Shown here: positions 1 to 8,016 of the stretch, piece by piece
How positions within the stretch are numbered: the stretch's first letter is position 1
How the letters are laid out: the number at the start of each line of letters is the position of its first letter
Assembly (NCBI GenBank): GCA_963677595.1
Contig: OY782041.1
Location: 2,784,001-2,848,000 of the forward strand
DNA: 64,000 nt
DNA from: Spirochaetia bacterium
GTDB lineage: Bacteria; Spirochaetota; Spirochaetia; CAKZLE01
Direction of reading: 5' to 3'
The notes under the pieces: model-generated
What the model was told of the DNA's origin: nothing
What the model saw: only the letters and a program-made list of their open reading frames with translations
Database searches by the model: none
Position numbers and translations under genes: made by a program

Positions 1-808
1 GGAACGGATCTTTGGGGATCCGGTAAAGACAGGTGAGATGGGAGTTGACGCGGTCTCCAGGCCGCCAGCCCTCTGTCCGGGCTGCCCGCACCGGGGCTTC
101 TTCTATACCATGTCGAAGAACAGGAACTTCGTGATCTCCGGCGATATAGGGTGCTACACACTCGGTGCGTCTGCCCCGCTCAATGCCATGGACACCTGTA
201 TCTGCATGGGTGGGGGGTTCTCCATCGCGATGGGAATGGCCAAAGCTTTCGAGGTCACCGGGGACAGTACCCGGAAAGTCTTCGGGGTCGTCGGGGATTC
301 CACCTTCTTCCACAGCGGGATGACCGGTGCTGCCGAGATCATCTACAACAAGGGTAATGTCATCCCTGTGGTACTGGACAACAGCATCACGGCGATGACC
401 GGACAGCAGGACAACCCGAGTACCGGGGAGACCCTCATGGGGGAACCTGCGGTGCAGATCAGTATCGAGAAGCAGCTGGAAGCCCTCGGGTATGAGAGGA
501 TCCTCATCGTCGATCCCCAGGACCTCAAGGCAATGAAGCAGGCCGTCGATGATGCACTTGCAAGCGAGGTCCCTGCAGCCATCATCACGAGAAGGCCCTG
601 CGTGCTGATCAAGAAGATCGCCCACGAGTTCAGTCTCTGTACAGTGGATCCGGACAAGTGCATCGGCTGCAAGCTGTGCCTCAAGGTCGGTTGTCCGGCG
701 ATTTTCATGAAGGACGGGAAGAGCATGATCGATCCGACGCTCTGTGTAGGCTGTACTGTCTGTGCACAGGTATGTCCGAAAGACGCGATCAGCAGGGAGG
801 CTAGGTAG
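1..808 (+). CDS. iorA: Indolepyruvate:ferredoxin oxidoreductase alpha subunit, C-terminal part (5' end outside window)
   Basis: RPPALCPGCPHR, GDIGCYTL, TPP-binding GDSTFFHSG...LDN, C-terminal 2x[4Fe-4S] CxxCxxCxxxCP; frame is open back to the window edge. Confidence 0.93.
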   Translation, partial: ERIFGDPVKTGEMGVDAVSRPPALCPGCPHRGFFYTMSKNRNFVISGDIGCYTLGASAPLNAMDTCICMGGGFSIAMGMAKAFEVTGDSTRKVFGVVGDSTFFHSGMTGAAEIIYNKGNVIPVVLDNSITAMTGQQDNPSTGETLMGEPAVQISIEKQLEALGYERILIVDPQDLKAMKQAVDDALASEVPAAIITRRPCVLIKKIAHEFSLCTVDPDKCIGCKLCLKVGCPAIFMKDGKSMIDPTLCVGCTVCAQVCPKDAISREAR

Positions 809-810
809 TC

Positions 811-1383
811 ATGGAACATGTTAAGAGAGTCCTGTTAGTAGGTGTCGGCGGCCAGGGGACCATCCTGGTCTCGAAGATCCTCACGAAAGGGTTGATGCAG
901 GCCGGGTTCGATGTGAAGATGTCTGAGGTGCATGGGATGAGCCAGCGGGGCGGTTCAGTCTCGACCCAGGTCCATTGGGGCGAGAAGGTCTATGCCCCGG
1001 TGATCGGGGATGGTGCGGCAGACTACCTGGCGGCGTTCGAGAAGATGGAGGCCATACGGTATGCCGGTTTCCTGAGAAAAGGCGGGATCGCCGTGATCAA
1101 TGATTATGAGATGGTCTCCTCGAGTATCGCCGCTGGATTGGCTGAGTATCCCTTAGGCTGTATCGAAGCTTTGGAGGAGCAGTTCTCCTGCACTGTCCTG
1201 AATGCCGGTGATACAGCGATCAGCCTGGGCAACGCGAAGTGCATGAACGTCGTCCTGTTCGGTGCGATGGTTAAGGCCTTCAAACTCGATGGTATTGACT
1301 GGAAGCAGGTGATCGCCGATACTGTCCCGGAACGGTTCCGGGAGATCAACCTGAAGGCGTTCGACGCCGGTTACGACCGGTAA
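811..1383 (+). CDS. iorB: Indolepyruvate:ferredoxin oxidoreductase beta subunit
   Basis: GVGGQG and SEVHGMSQRGGSV motifs; 2 nt after iorA. Confidence 0.93.
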   Translation: MEHVKRVLLVGVGGQGTILVSKILTKGLMQAGFDVKMSEVHGMSQRGGSVSTQVHWGEKVYAPVIGDGAADYLAAFEKMEAIRYAGFLRKGGIAVINDYEMVSSSIAAGLAEYPLGCIEALEEQFSCTVLNAGDTAISLGNAKCMNVVLFGAMVKAFKLDGIDWKQVIADTVPERFREINLKAFDAGYDR

Positions 1384-1400
1384 CAGCTTCAACCGGGGAG

Positions 1401-1691
1401 GTGGGTATGGTCCATTATGTAATGATCAAGTTTCAAGAGGGGTATTTGGGTGAAGAGCACATTGCAATGATCCGCGATACCTATACAGAGATGCTCGAGG
1501 CGATAGACGGGATCCTCGGTGTTGAGATCCATGAGAATATTATAGAGCGGGACTCCAATGCGGACCTGATGATCCGCATTGAGCTGGAAGGGGCAGCTGC
1601 CCTGGATACCTACCTGAACCATCCCCTCCATGTCGCGTTCGCTAAGGAAGCCAGGCCGAACATCGTGAAGATGGTCACCTTCGACCGATAA
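1401..1691 (+). CDS. Dabb-family stress-responsive alpha/beta barrel protein
   Basis: VHYVMIKF N-terminus and YLNHPLH motif; GGAGG upstream, true start may be the ATG at 1407. Confidence 0.8.
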   Translation: MGMVHYVMIKFQEGYLGEEHIAMIRDTYTEMLEAIDGILGVEIHENIIERDSNADLMIRIELEGAAALDTYLNHPLHVAFAKEARPNIVKMVTFDR

Positions 1692-1705
1692 GGACCGATA
1701 CATGC

Positions 1706-1729
1706 TCCCCTGCAGATCCCTGCAGGGGA
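1706..1729 (+). terminator. GC-rich hairpin after the iorAB-dabb operon
   Basis: TCCCCTGCAG-atcc-CTGCAGGGGA; no U-tract. Confidence 0.4.
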
Positions 1730-1836
1730 TGATCCATACAGATGAAAAATCTCCCCAGCTGCAGTCTCCCTGATTGCCGTAATCCCTCTCTGATGGTAGG
1801 ATATGCCCGTATCAACACAACAGGAGTACGACCGCC

Positions 1837-2727
1837 ATGCGAACTTTCTTGGAATGCATTCCCTGCTTCATGAGACAGACCCTCGGAGCCGGCAGGCTCA
1901 TGGGACTGCCTGAAGAGACTATAAAGGACCTTATGGATATCATAGGGGAGGGATTGAAAGATGTCTCCCTCGATACCCCTCCGCCTGATATGGCGAGGCA
2001 GCTGCAGGCGCTCATCAATGCGCGTATCGGGGATGTCGATCCCTACCTTGAGCTGAAGAAGGAGAGCAATGCGAAGGCTCTCGAGTACTACGACATGATG
2101 AGCGGGCTTGTTTCCCAGTCAGATGATAAACTGAAGGCAGCACTCCAGGTAGCGATCGCCGGGAACATCATAGACTACGGTGCCATCCATGACCTCGATG
2201 CGGCAGCTGAGCTCAAGGCCCTCATGAACGAGGAGCGGCTGCAGATCGAGCGGGAGGAGTCGGAGAACTTCGCCTACCAGGCATTCAGGAACGACCTGGA
2301 TAAGGCCCGGACTCTCGTCTATGTGGGGGACAATGCCGGAGAGATCGTCTTCGACAAGATCCTCATCTCCACGATCAGGGAACTCTATCCTGACCTGAAG
2401 ATCACCTTCGCCACACGGGGAAAGCCGATACTCAATGACTGCCTGCTCGAGGATGCGCACCAGATCGGGCTTGATGAGCTAGTGAACGTGGTCTCCAGCG
2501 GTTCGGATGCCCCCGGGATGCTCATCGACCGGTGCAGTGATGAGTACCTGGAGGAGTTCTATGCTGCCGATATGATCATCAGCAAGGGGCAGGGGAACTA
2601 CGAGTCCCTCTCCGAGGTGGAAGCCCCGATCTACTTCCTGCTCATCGCCAAGTGCGACATCGTCGCCCGCGATATCGGCTGCAGCCTCCGTGATATCATC
2701 CTCAAAAAGTCTACTTCACAGAACTAG
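1837..2727 (+). CDS. DUF89/ARMT1-like damage-control phosphatase
   Basis: ECIPC N-terminus, GNIIDYG, DNAGE and KGQGNYESL motifs. Confidence 0.88.
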   Translation: MRTFLECIPCFMRQTLGAGRLMGLPEETIKDLMDIIGEGLKDVSLDTPPPDMARQLQALINARIGDVDPYLELKKESNAKALEYYDMMSGLVSQSDDKLKAALQVAIAGNIIDYGAIHDLDAAAELKALMNEERLQIEREESENFAYQAFRNDLDKARTLVYVGDNAGEIVFDKILISTIRELYPDLKITFATRGKPILNDCLLEDAHQIGLDELVNVVSSGSDAPGMLIDRCSDEYLEEFYAADMIISKGQGNYESLSEVEAPIYFLLIAKCDIVARDIGCSLRDIILKKSTSQN

Positions 2728-2866
2728 ATCTTCCAGAATTCTATCTTCGAAGAAGTAGACCTTCCAAGTCCTGTTTCAGGAGATCCTGATGCACTGAGAC
2801 CCGCATATATCTGCGGGTCTCAGGTCCAAACCATGTTCATAGTAGAAAGTTGTGACTGCTCCGGTA

Positions 2867-3790
2867 TTATCCCTTCACGGACCCTGCCATCAAACCGCGT
2901 ACGAAGAACTTCTGCAGGGCGAAGAAGACCGTCAACGGCAGCACCATACTGACGAAGGCCCCTGATGTGAGCAGGTGCCAGTCCTGTCCTCTCGTTCCCA
3001 CGATGCTCAGCAGCCGCTGCGTGACGACCTCGACTCCCTGTCCGGCGCCGCTGAGGAATACCAGGGCTACCAGCAGGTCGTTCCATACCCAGATGAACTG
3101 GAAGATGGCGAAGCTCGCCAGTGCCGGTACCGACAACGGCAGGATCAGCCTGATGAAGGTCGTGAAGTGTGATGCACCGTCGAGGAACGCACTCTCCATG
3201 ATGCTTCGCGGTATGGTCGAGATGTAGTTGAACAACAGGTAGGTGGCCAGTGCCAGGCCGAACCCGGTATGTGCGAGCCAGATCCCCAGGTATGAGCCGT
3301 TCAGGCCGATCTTGAGGTAGTCCCGGAGGATCGGGATCAGCGCGATCTGCAGGGGGACTACCAGGAGTCCCACGATGCATCCGAAGAGGATGCGCCTCCC
3401 CGGGAAGCTGAGCCAGGCGAACCCGTAGGCGGCGAAGGCCGCGATGAGGATCGGTATGATGACCGCTGGGATGGTCACGGTGATACTGCTCAGGAAAGCC
3501 CCGAGCATGTTGTCCCCGCGGGCGGAGACGACCGTGCCGTCTGCCTTGGTGAAGGAGTAGTCCTTCCCGGCAAGTACCTGCTCATAGTTCTGCAGGGTGA
3601 ACTCCGACGGATGGGTGAGGCTCGCCCACCATCCGTTTTCGAGGACCTTGTCCCGGTCCCTGAAGCTTGTGACGAAGACACCGAGGGTAGGGAGCGTCCA
3701 GGCAAGGCAGATGAGGATGAGCAGCCCGTTGACGATGACTTCCTGGACGGTACGTGATTTCTTCATGCTGTTTGTTGCTGTCTGTGCCAT
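2867..3790 (-). CDS. Carbohydrate ABC permease (AglG/MalG-like)
   Basis: EAA loop ESAFLDGAS, WVWNDLLVAL, C-terminal GLMAGSVKG. Confidence 0.9.
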   Translation of the reverse strand: MAQTATNSMKKSRTVQEVIVNGLLILICLAWTLPTLGVFVTSFRDRDKVLENGWWASLTHPSEFTLQNYEQVLAGKDYSFTKADGTVVSARGDNMLGAFLSSITVTIPAVIIPILIAAFAAYGFAWLSFPGRRILFGCIVGLLVVPLQIALIPILRDYLKIGLNGSYLGIWLAHTGFGLALATYLLFNYISTIPRSIMESAFLDGASHFTTFIRLILPLSVPALASFAIFQFIWVWNDLLVALVFLSGAGQGVEVVTQRLLSIVGTRGQDWHLLTSGAFVSMVLPLTVFFALQKFFVRGLMAGSVKG

Positions 3791-3791
3791 A

Positions 3792-4919
3792 TCAGAATAC
3801 CTCCCGTTTCCCGAACTGCTTCAGGTTGTACCAGATGACCGGTGTGACGGCGACCAGGATGATGATCGCTATGGCCGAGCCCCTGCCGTAGTGGAGGAAC
3901 TTGAACATCTGCTTGTACTGCTGGCTCGCCAGCACCTCCGTGCCGTAGAGCCCGTTCGTCATCGAGTAGACGATGTCGAAGACCTTCAACGTGATCAGGA
4001 GGATCGTCGTCGAGACGGTGATGATCGATCCCTTGATCGAGGGGATCACGATGCTCCAGATGATCCGGAGCTCGGAAGCCCCGTCGATGCGCCCGGCTTC
4101 CAGGTACTGGCTCGGGACGGTCTTTATCGCTGCTGATAACACGACCATGGCGAAACCTGTCTGCAGCCAGATCAGGATGATGATCAGGAATATGGTGTTC
4201 CAGGGCCGCATGACGATCCAGTTCTGGGGATCTCCCCCGAAGAAGGTCACGATGGCGTTGAGCAGCCCGATCTGGTTCTGGGTGACCGGCCGGTAGGCAT
4301 ACATGAACTTCCAGATGACGCCTGCCCCAACGAACGAGATGGCCATCGGTGCGAAGATGATGGCCTTCGCGACCTTCTCGAACTTCGAGCGGTCGGCCAG
4401 TAATGCGATGATCAGGCCGAGGATGACGCTTCCTCCAGTTCCTACGATCAGCCAGACCAGGTTGTTGATGAATGCGGTCTGCATCGTCGCGTCGGTGAAG
4501 ACATAGATGTAGTTGTCGAGGCCGACGAAGTTCTGGCTTGTCCGATCATAGAAGCTCAGGACGAATGACCTGATCGTCGGGATGAACAGGTACCAACCGA
4601 GGATGGCGACTGCAGGCCCAACGAACATGAACGGTGTCAGGAGTTTCCTCCAGGTCTCATTGGTACGCTGGATGACCCAGTTGGTGACCCAGTAGAGCGC
4701 CGCTGCTCCCCCGACACCCCAGATGATGGCGCTGATGGTGATGACCACCTGCGGGGCTGCGCTGTCTCTCAGGAAGATGAACCCGAAATAGAGCACGATG
4801 AACACGAGGAAGGGGACGGCGAGGCTGACGACCAGCCGGGCGACCCAGCTCAGGACCCGTTGGAGGGGACTCTGAAGCGGGTCCTTCTTCAGTGAATCCT
4901 TCATGGTAATATTACTCAT
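3792..4919 (-). CDS. Carbohydrate ABC permease (AglF/MalF-like)
   Basis: EAGRIDGAS loop, PMAISFVGAGVIWKF, LKVFDIV. Confidence 0.9.
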   Translation of the reverse strand: MSNITMKDSLKKDPLQSPLQRVLSWVARLVVSLAVPFLVFIVLYFGFIFLRDSAAPQVVITISAIIWGVGGAAALYWVTNWVIQRTNETWRKLLTPFMFVGPAVAILGWYLFIPTIRSFVLSFYDRTSQNFVGLDNYIYVFTDATMQTAFINNLVWLIVGTGGSVILGLIIALLADRSKFEKVAKAIIFAPMAISFVGAGVIWKFMYAYRPVTQNQIGLLNAIVTFFGGDPQNWIVMRPWNTIFLIIILIWLQTGFAMVVLSAAIKTVPSQYLEAGRIDGASELRIIWSIVIPSIKGSIITVSTTILLITLKVFDIVYSMTNGLYGTEVLASQQYKQMFKFLHYGRGSAIAIIILVAVTPVIWYNLKQFGKREVF

Positions 4920-4939
4920 AGATTACTCCCGGATACGGC

Positions 4940-4964
4940 ACACGTGCAGGAGTCCTGCACGTGT
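4940..4964. other. Intercistronic hairpin after the solute-binding protein gene (mRNA stabiliser or partial terminator)
   Basis: Inverted repeat ACACGTGCAGGA-g-TCCTGCACGTGT. Confidence 0.55.
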
Positions 4965-4990
4965 ACGCGTGGTATGAGTGCTGTCGATGC

Positions 4991-6292
4991 TTACGGCCAG
5001 CTCTTGTCGATCTGTGACAGGACCTTGTCGATGTTCACACCGCTCACGAGATCAGCCATACCGGTCCAGAAGGTCCCGGCTCCCACCTCAGCAGGCATCA
5101 GGTCTGATGCGTCGAACCTGAAGACTTCCGCATTGACCAGGATACGTGCCAGGTCAGCCTCAAGTGAGCTGCCGTAGTCGTCGAAATTCTGGTCCTGGTG
5201 GGGGAAGAGTGCGCCGCCGGCTTCTGCCCAGCCCATGCATGCTTCCCAGGTCGTCAGGTATTCCATGACCTGGACGACTTCCGGCCTGTTGTCGAAGATG
5301 ACGAACTGGTCGCCGCCGCCGAGTACCGGGGTGCCCCACTTGGGGTCGATAGACGGGAGTGCGAAGACCCCGACTTCCTCTTCGAGGTTAGCCTGGACGG
5401 CTTCCGGCATGAACCCGGTGATGAAGTTGCCCTGTCGGTGCAGCATAGCCTGCGGTGGGTTGGTGAACAGCGGGGTGATGGCATCGCCGAAGTTGGTCGT
5501 CAGGATGTTGGTCGGTCCACCAAGGACGTATGCGTCATTCATCCAGAGGTCAGACATGATCTGTGCTGCCCGCTTGACTGCCGGGTCGTCGAATGTGATC
5601 TGGTGGTTGACCCACTGGTCGTAGACGTCAGGACCAGCTGTCCTCAGCATGATGTCCTCCATCCAGTCTGTTGCCACCCATCCGGTTGCGCCGCCTGATT
5701 CCATACCGATGGACCAGGGTACGATACCGTCCTTTACCATCTGGGCAGAGAGTGCGAGCATCTCATCCCAGGTCGTTGGGATCTTGTACCCTGCGGCGTC
5801 CCAGGCTTTCTTCGGGTACCAGACGAAACTCTTGGCGTTGACCCGGTGGAATACCCCGTAGACATCGCCGTTGTAGGACCCGAGGTCCTTCCAGGCACTG
5901 GTGTAGTTCGCATCGATCTTCGAGACCACGCTCTGGGGGAGCGGGGTAAGGAAGCCCCTCTCTGCGAGGTTCTTCATAAGGCCAGGCTGTGGCAGTGATG
6001 CGATGTCCGGCGGCGTACCGGCTTCAGCCTGTACGAGGATCTGCGTCTCGAACTCGGGACTTCCCTCATAGACTACGTCGATGCCGGTCTTCTCGATGAA
6101 CGGCTTGAGTACCAGGTCGGTGAAGCGAGCTGCCTCATCCCCCCTGAATGCACCGAAGATCCGTACCGTCTTTACTTCCGGTTCTGCTGCAGCTGGTGCG
6201 GCAGCCTCCTGCTTGCCTCCTGCGAAGACCATCACTGGTGCGATGAGCAGCAGTACGATTCCTAGCAGGACCATTCTTCTTACTGATTTCAT
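4991..6292 (-). CDS. Alpha-glucoside ABC solute-binding protein (AglE-like)
   Basis: Signal peptide ...FAGGKQEA; SGGATGWVATDWMEDIMLRT and RFDASDLMPAEVGAGTFW typical of AglE/GgtB proteins. Confidence 0.85.
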   Translation of the reverse strand: MKSVRRMVLLGIVLLLIAPVMVFAGGKQEAAAPAAAEPEVKTVRIFGAFRGDEAARFTDLVLKPFIEKTGIDVVYEGSPEFETQILVQAEAGTPPDIASLPQPGLMKNLAERGFLTPLPQSVVSKIDANYTSAWKDLGSYNGDVYGVFHRVNAKSFVWYPKKAWDAAGYKIPTTWDEMLALSAQMVKDGIVPWSIGMESGGATGWVATDWMEDIMLRTAGPDVYDQWVNHQITFDDPAVKRAAQIMSDLWMNDAYVLGGPTNILTTNFGDAITPLFTNPPQAMLHRQGNFITGFMPEAVQANLEEEVGVFALPSIDPKWGTPVLGGGDQFVIFDNRPEVVQVMEYLTTWEACMGWAEAGGALFPHQDQNFDDYGSSLEADLARILVNAEVFRFDASDLMPAEVGAGTFWTGMADLVSGVNIDKVLSQIDKSWP

Positions 6293-6371
6293 AAAACCTA
6301 CCTCCTCTTATAACATAGGTTGTTATCAAATATGCTGACGGGACTGAACTGTCCCGAAATTCCCTTATACT

Positions 6372-7400
6372 TCAGCTGCTCTCCCGTATGATCAGGTACG
6401 GTTCGATCAGCTCCTGTTCCTTTTCTGTCCTGTCAACCTCGTCCGAACGGATCAGGTCAAGGATCCTGCTGCAGGCTTTCACCGTGATCTCCTCCCTCGG
6501 CTGGTGGATGGTCGTGATGAACGGCGGTACGAGCGTGCTGTAGAAGGAGTCGTCGTAGCCGACGACCTTCTTGTCCTGCGGCACTGCGATGCCGTGTTCC
6601 CTCATCGCGGTGATGCAGGCCGATGCGAGGATGTCCGCCTGGGCGAAGATACCGTCACACTTGCGTACCAGGTCGATATGGTCATGGATGAACCGGTAGG
6701 CATTGATGTAGCTGCAGGACATCTCGAAGGTGTACAGCCTGTCCCCTGATAACCCGGCATCTTCCATCGCCTGAAGGCATCCAGCACTCCTCTGACCGAA
6801 CTCATCACCGATATTCGGTGAGCAGGAGAGGGTGATGATGCTGCTGCAGCCTTTGTCTATGAGGTGGCCTGCAGCAAGGTACCCGCCCTTGAAATTGTCT
6901 GTCAGGAAGTAGTCCATGGAACCCAGGTCGATGAATCTCGGCCTGAAATGGATCATCACAGCGGGGATATCATGGTCCTTGAGCAGCTGGTACTCCTCCT
7001 GGGTGATCAGGTCATGTACCATGAGGAACCCGTCAACCTTGTGCTGCCTGATCAGGCGGCTGGTATTGCTCAGCATGGTATCGGGGTTGATCGCCTCCAC
7101 GAGGATCGTATCAAGCTGGAGTGTCTCCAGGTTATGCCGGAGCTCCAGGAAGAGCTCGTTGATGTAGGCAGATGAGCCGAAATCCTCCAGGCCCTGCTGG
7201 TAGATGAGGCCCACGACCCCGGTCTTCTTGGTGCTCAGCGAACGTGCACTGCTGTTGACCTCGTAGTGGAGATCCTTCGCGATCTTCAGCACCCTTGCCT
7301 TCGTCTTCTCTGAGATCATGGGGCTGTCATTCAGGCATCGGGAGACGGTGGTATGGCTCACGTTTGCCAGTTTTGCTATATCCTTGATCGTGACGGAAAT
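6372..7400 (-). CDS. LacI-family regulator, probable ATT start at 7400
   Basis: HTH VTIKDIAKLANVSHTTVSRCLN, C-terminal VVGYDD...TTIHQP; SD AAGGAG lies 6 nt before ATT. Confidence 0.88.
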   Translation of the reverse strand: MSVTIKDIAKLANVSHTTVSRCLNDSPMISEKTKARVLKIAKDLHYEVNSSARSLSTKKTGVVGLIYQQGLEDFGSSAYINELFLELRHNLETLQLDTILVEAINPDTMLSNTSRLIRQHKVDGFLMVHDLITQEEYQLLKDHDIPAVMIHFRPRFIDLGSMDYFLTDNFKGGYLAAGHLIDKGCSSIITLSCSPNIGDEFGQRSAGCLQAMEDAGLSGDRLYTFEMSCSYINAYRFIHDHIDLVRKCDGIFAQADILASACITAMREHGIAVPQDKKVVGYDDSFYSTLVPPFITTIHQPREEITVKACSRILDLIRSDEVDRTEKEQELIEPYLIIRESS

Positions 7401-7472
7401 GACGGACTCCTTTTTAAGCACACGGTAACATCGACAGCTGTACGCCTTTATCATACAACTCTTTAACGTAAC

Positions 7473-7521
7473 GCACACGTGTGCATAACTAGAGCATAGA
7501 CCCGGTCAGGGTATTTGTCAA
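7473..7521 (-). promoter_or_regulatory. Sigma70 promoter of the lacI-agl operon with a palindromic operator
   Basis: Minus-strand TTGACA(7521-7516)-17 nt-TATGCT(7498-7493); perfect palindrome GCACACGTGTGC at 7473-7484 just downstream. Confidence 0.7.
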
Positions 7522-7527
7522 GGAAAA

Positions 7528-7543
7528 ATGAAAGCACTTTCAT
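7528..7543. promoter_or_regulatory. LacI/CcpA-type operator ATGAAAGCACTTTCAT
   Basis: 7-bp arms around a 2-bp centre; exact reverse complement of 52134-52149. Confidence 0.7.
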
Positions 7544-7578
7544 AATTATTTTCATAGCTCTCATCTTCTCCACTTCTC

Positions 7579-7607
7579 TTGACACACCGCCTAACTTTCC
7601 TTACACT
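7579..7607 (+). promoter_or_regulatory. Promoter of tRNA-Arg
   Basis: TTGACA-17 nt-TACACT, 22 nt before the tRNA. Confidence 0.7.
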
Positions 7608-7629
7608 GTGCAGGCTATTGAAGATAGAT

Positions 7630-7703
<74 letters not shown>

Positions 7704-7747
7704 ACATACAGGTTACCGACAGGTAATACACGTAACAGTCTTAAAGG

Positions 7748-7788
7748 AAACGCATGCGGCAGGAGAGGTCCTGATGCATGCGTTTTTT
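7748..7788 (+). terminator. Intrinsic terminator after the tRNA
   Basis: AAACGCATGC...GCATGCGTTT stem running into a T-tract. Confidence 0.75.
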
Positions 7789-8016
7789 ATGCCCTCAGCA
7801 AAGCCGTGACTACGCCTATTCGTAAAGTTCACAAAAATAGTAAACAATTTGCCTCAAACCCTTGCTTTCCTGTTTTTCCCTAAGTATTTTCACCTTAACA
7901 GGGAGTTCTTTCAGTAGGGGATGGAATCCTGCTTGATAAGTCGATCTCTGGTGAAAAGCTAGTTTTACCGGCATGACCGGTGATTTGAATTGTTTACATT
8001 CTTAGAGGAGTTAGCC

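Noticed and set aside
7900-7990. Fluoride or c-di-GMP riboswitch upstream of the lipoprotein (GGGGATGGAATCC...)
   Set aside because: Pseudoknot partner and consensus GCAAA/GAAA elements are missing; an Infernal search would settle it
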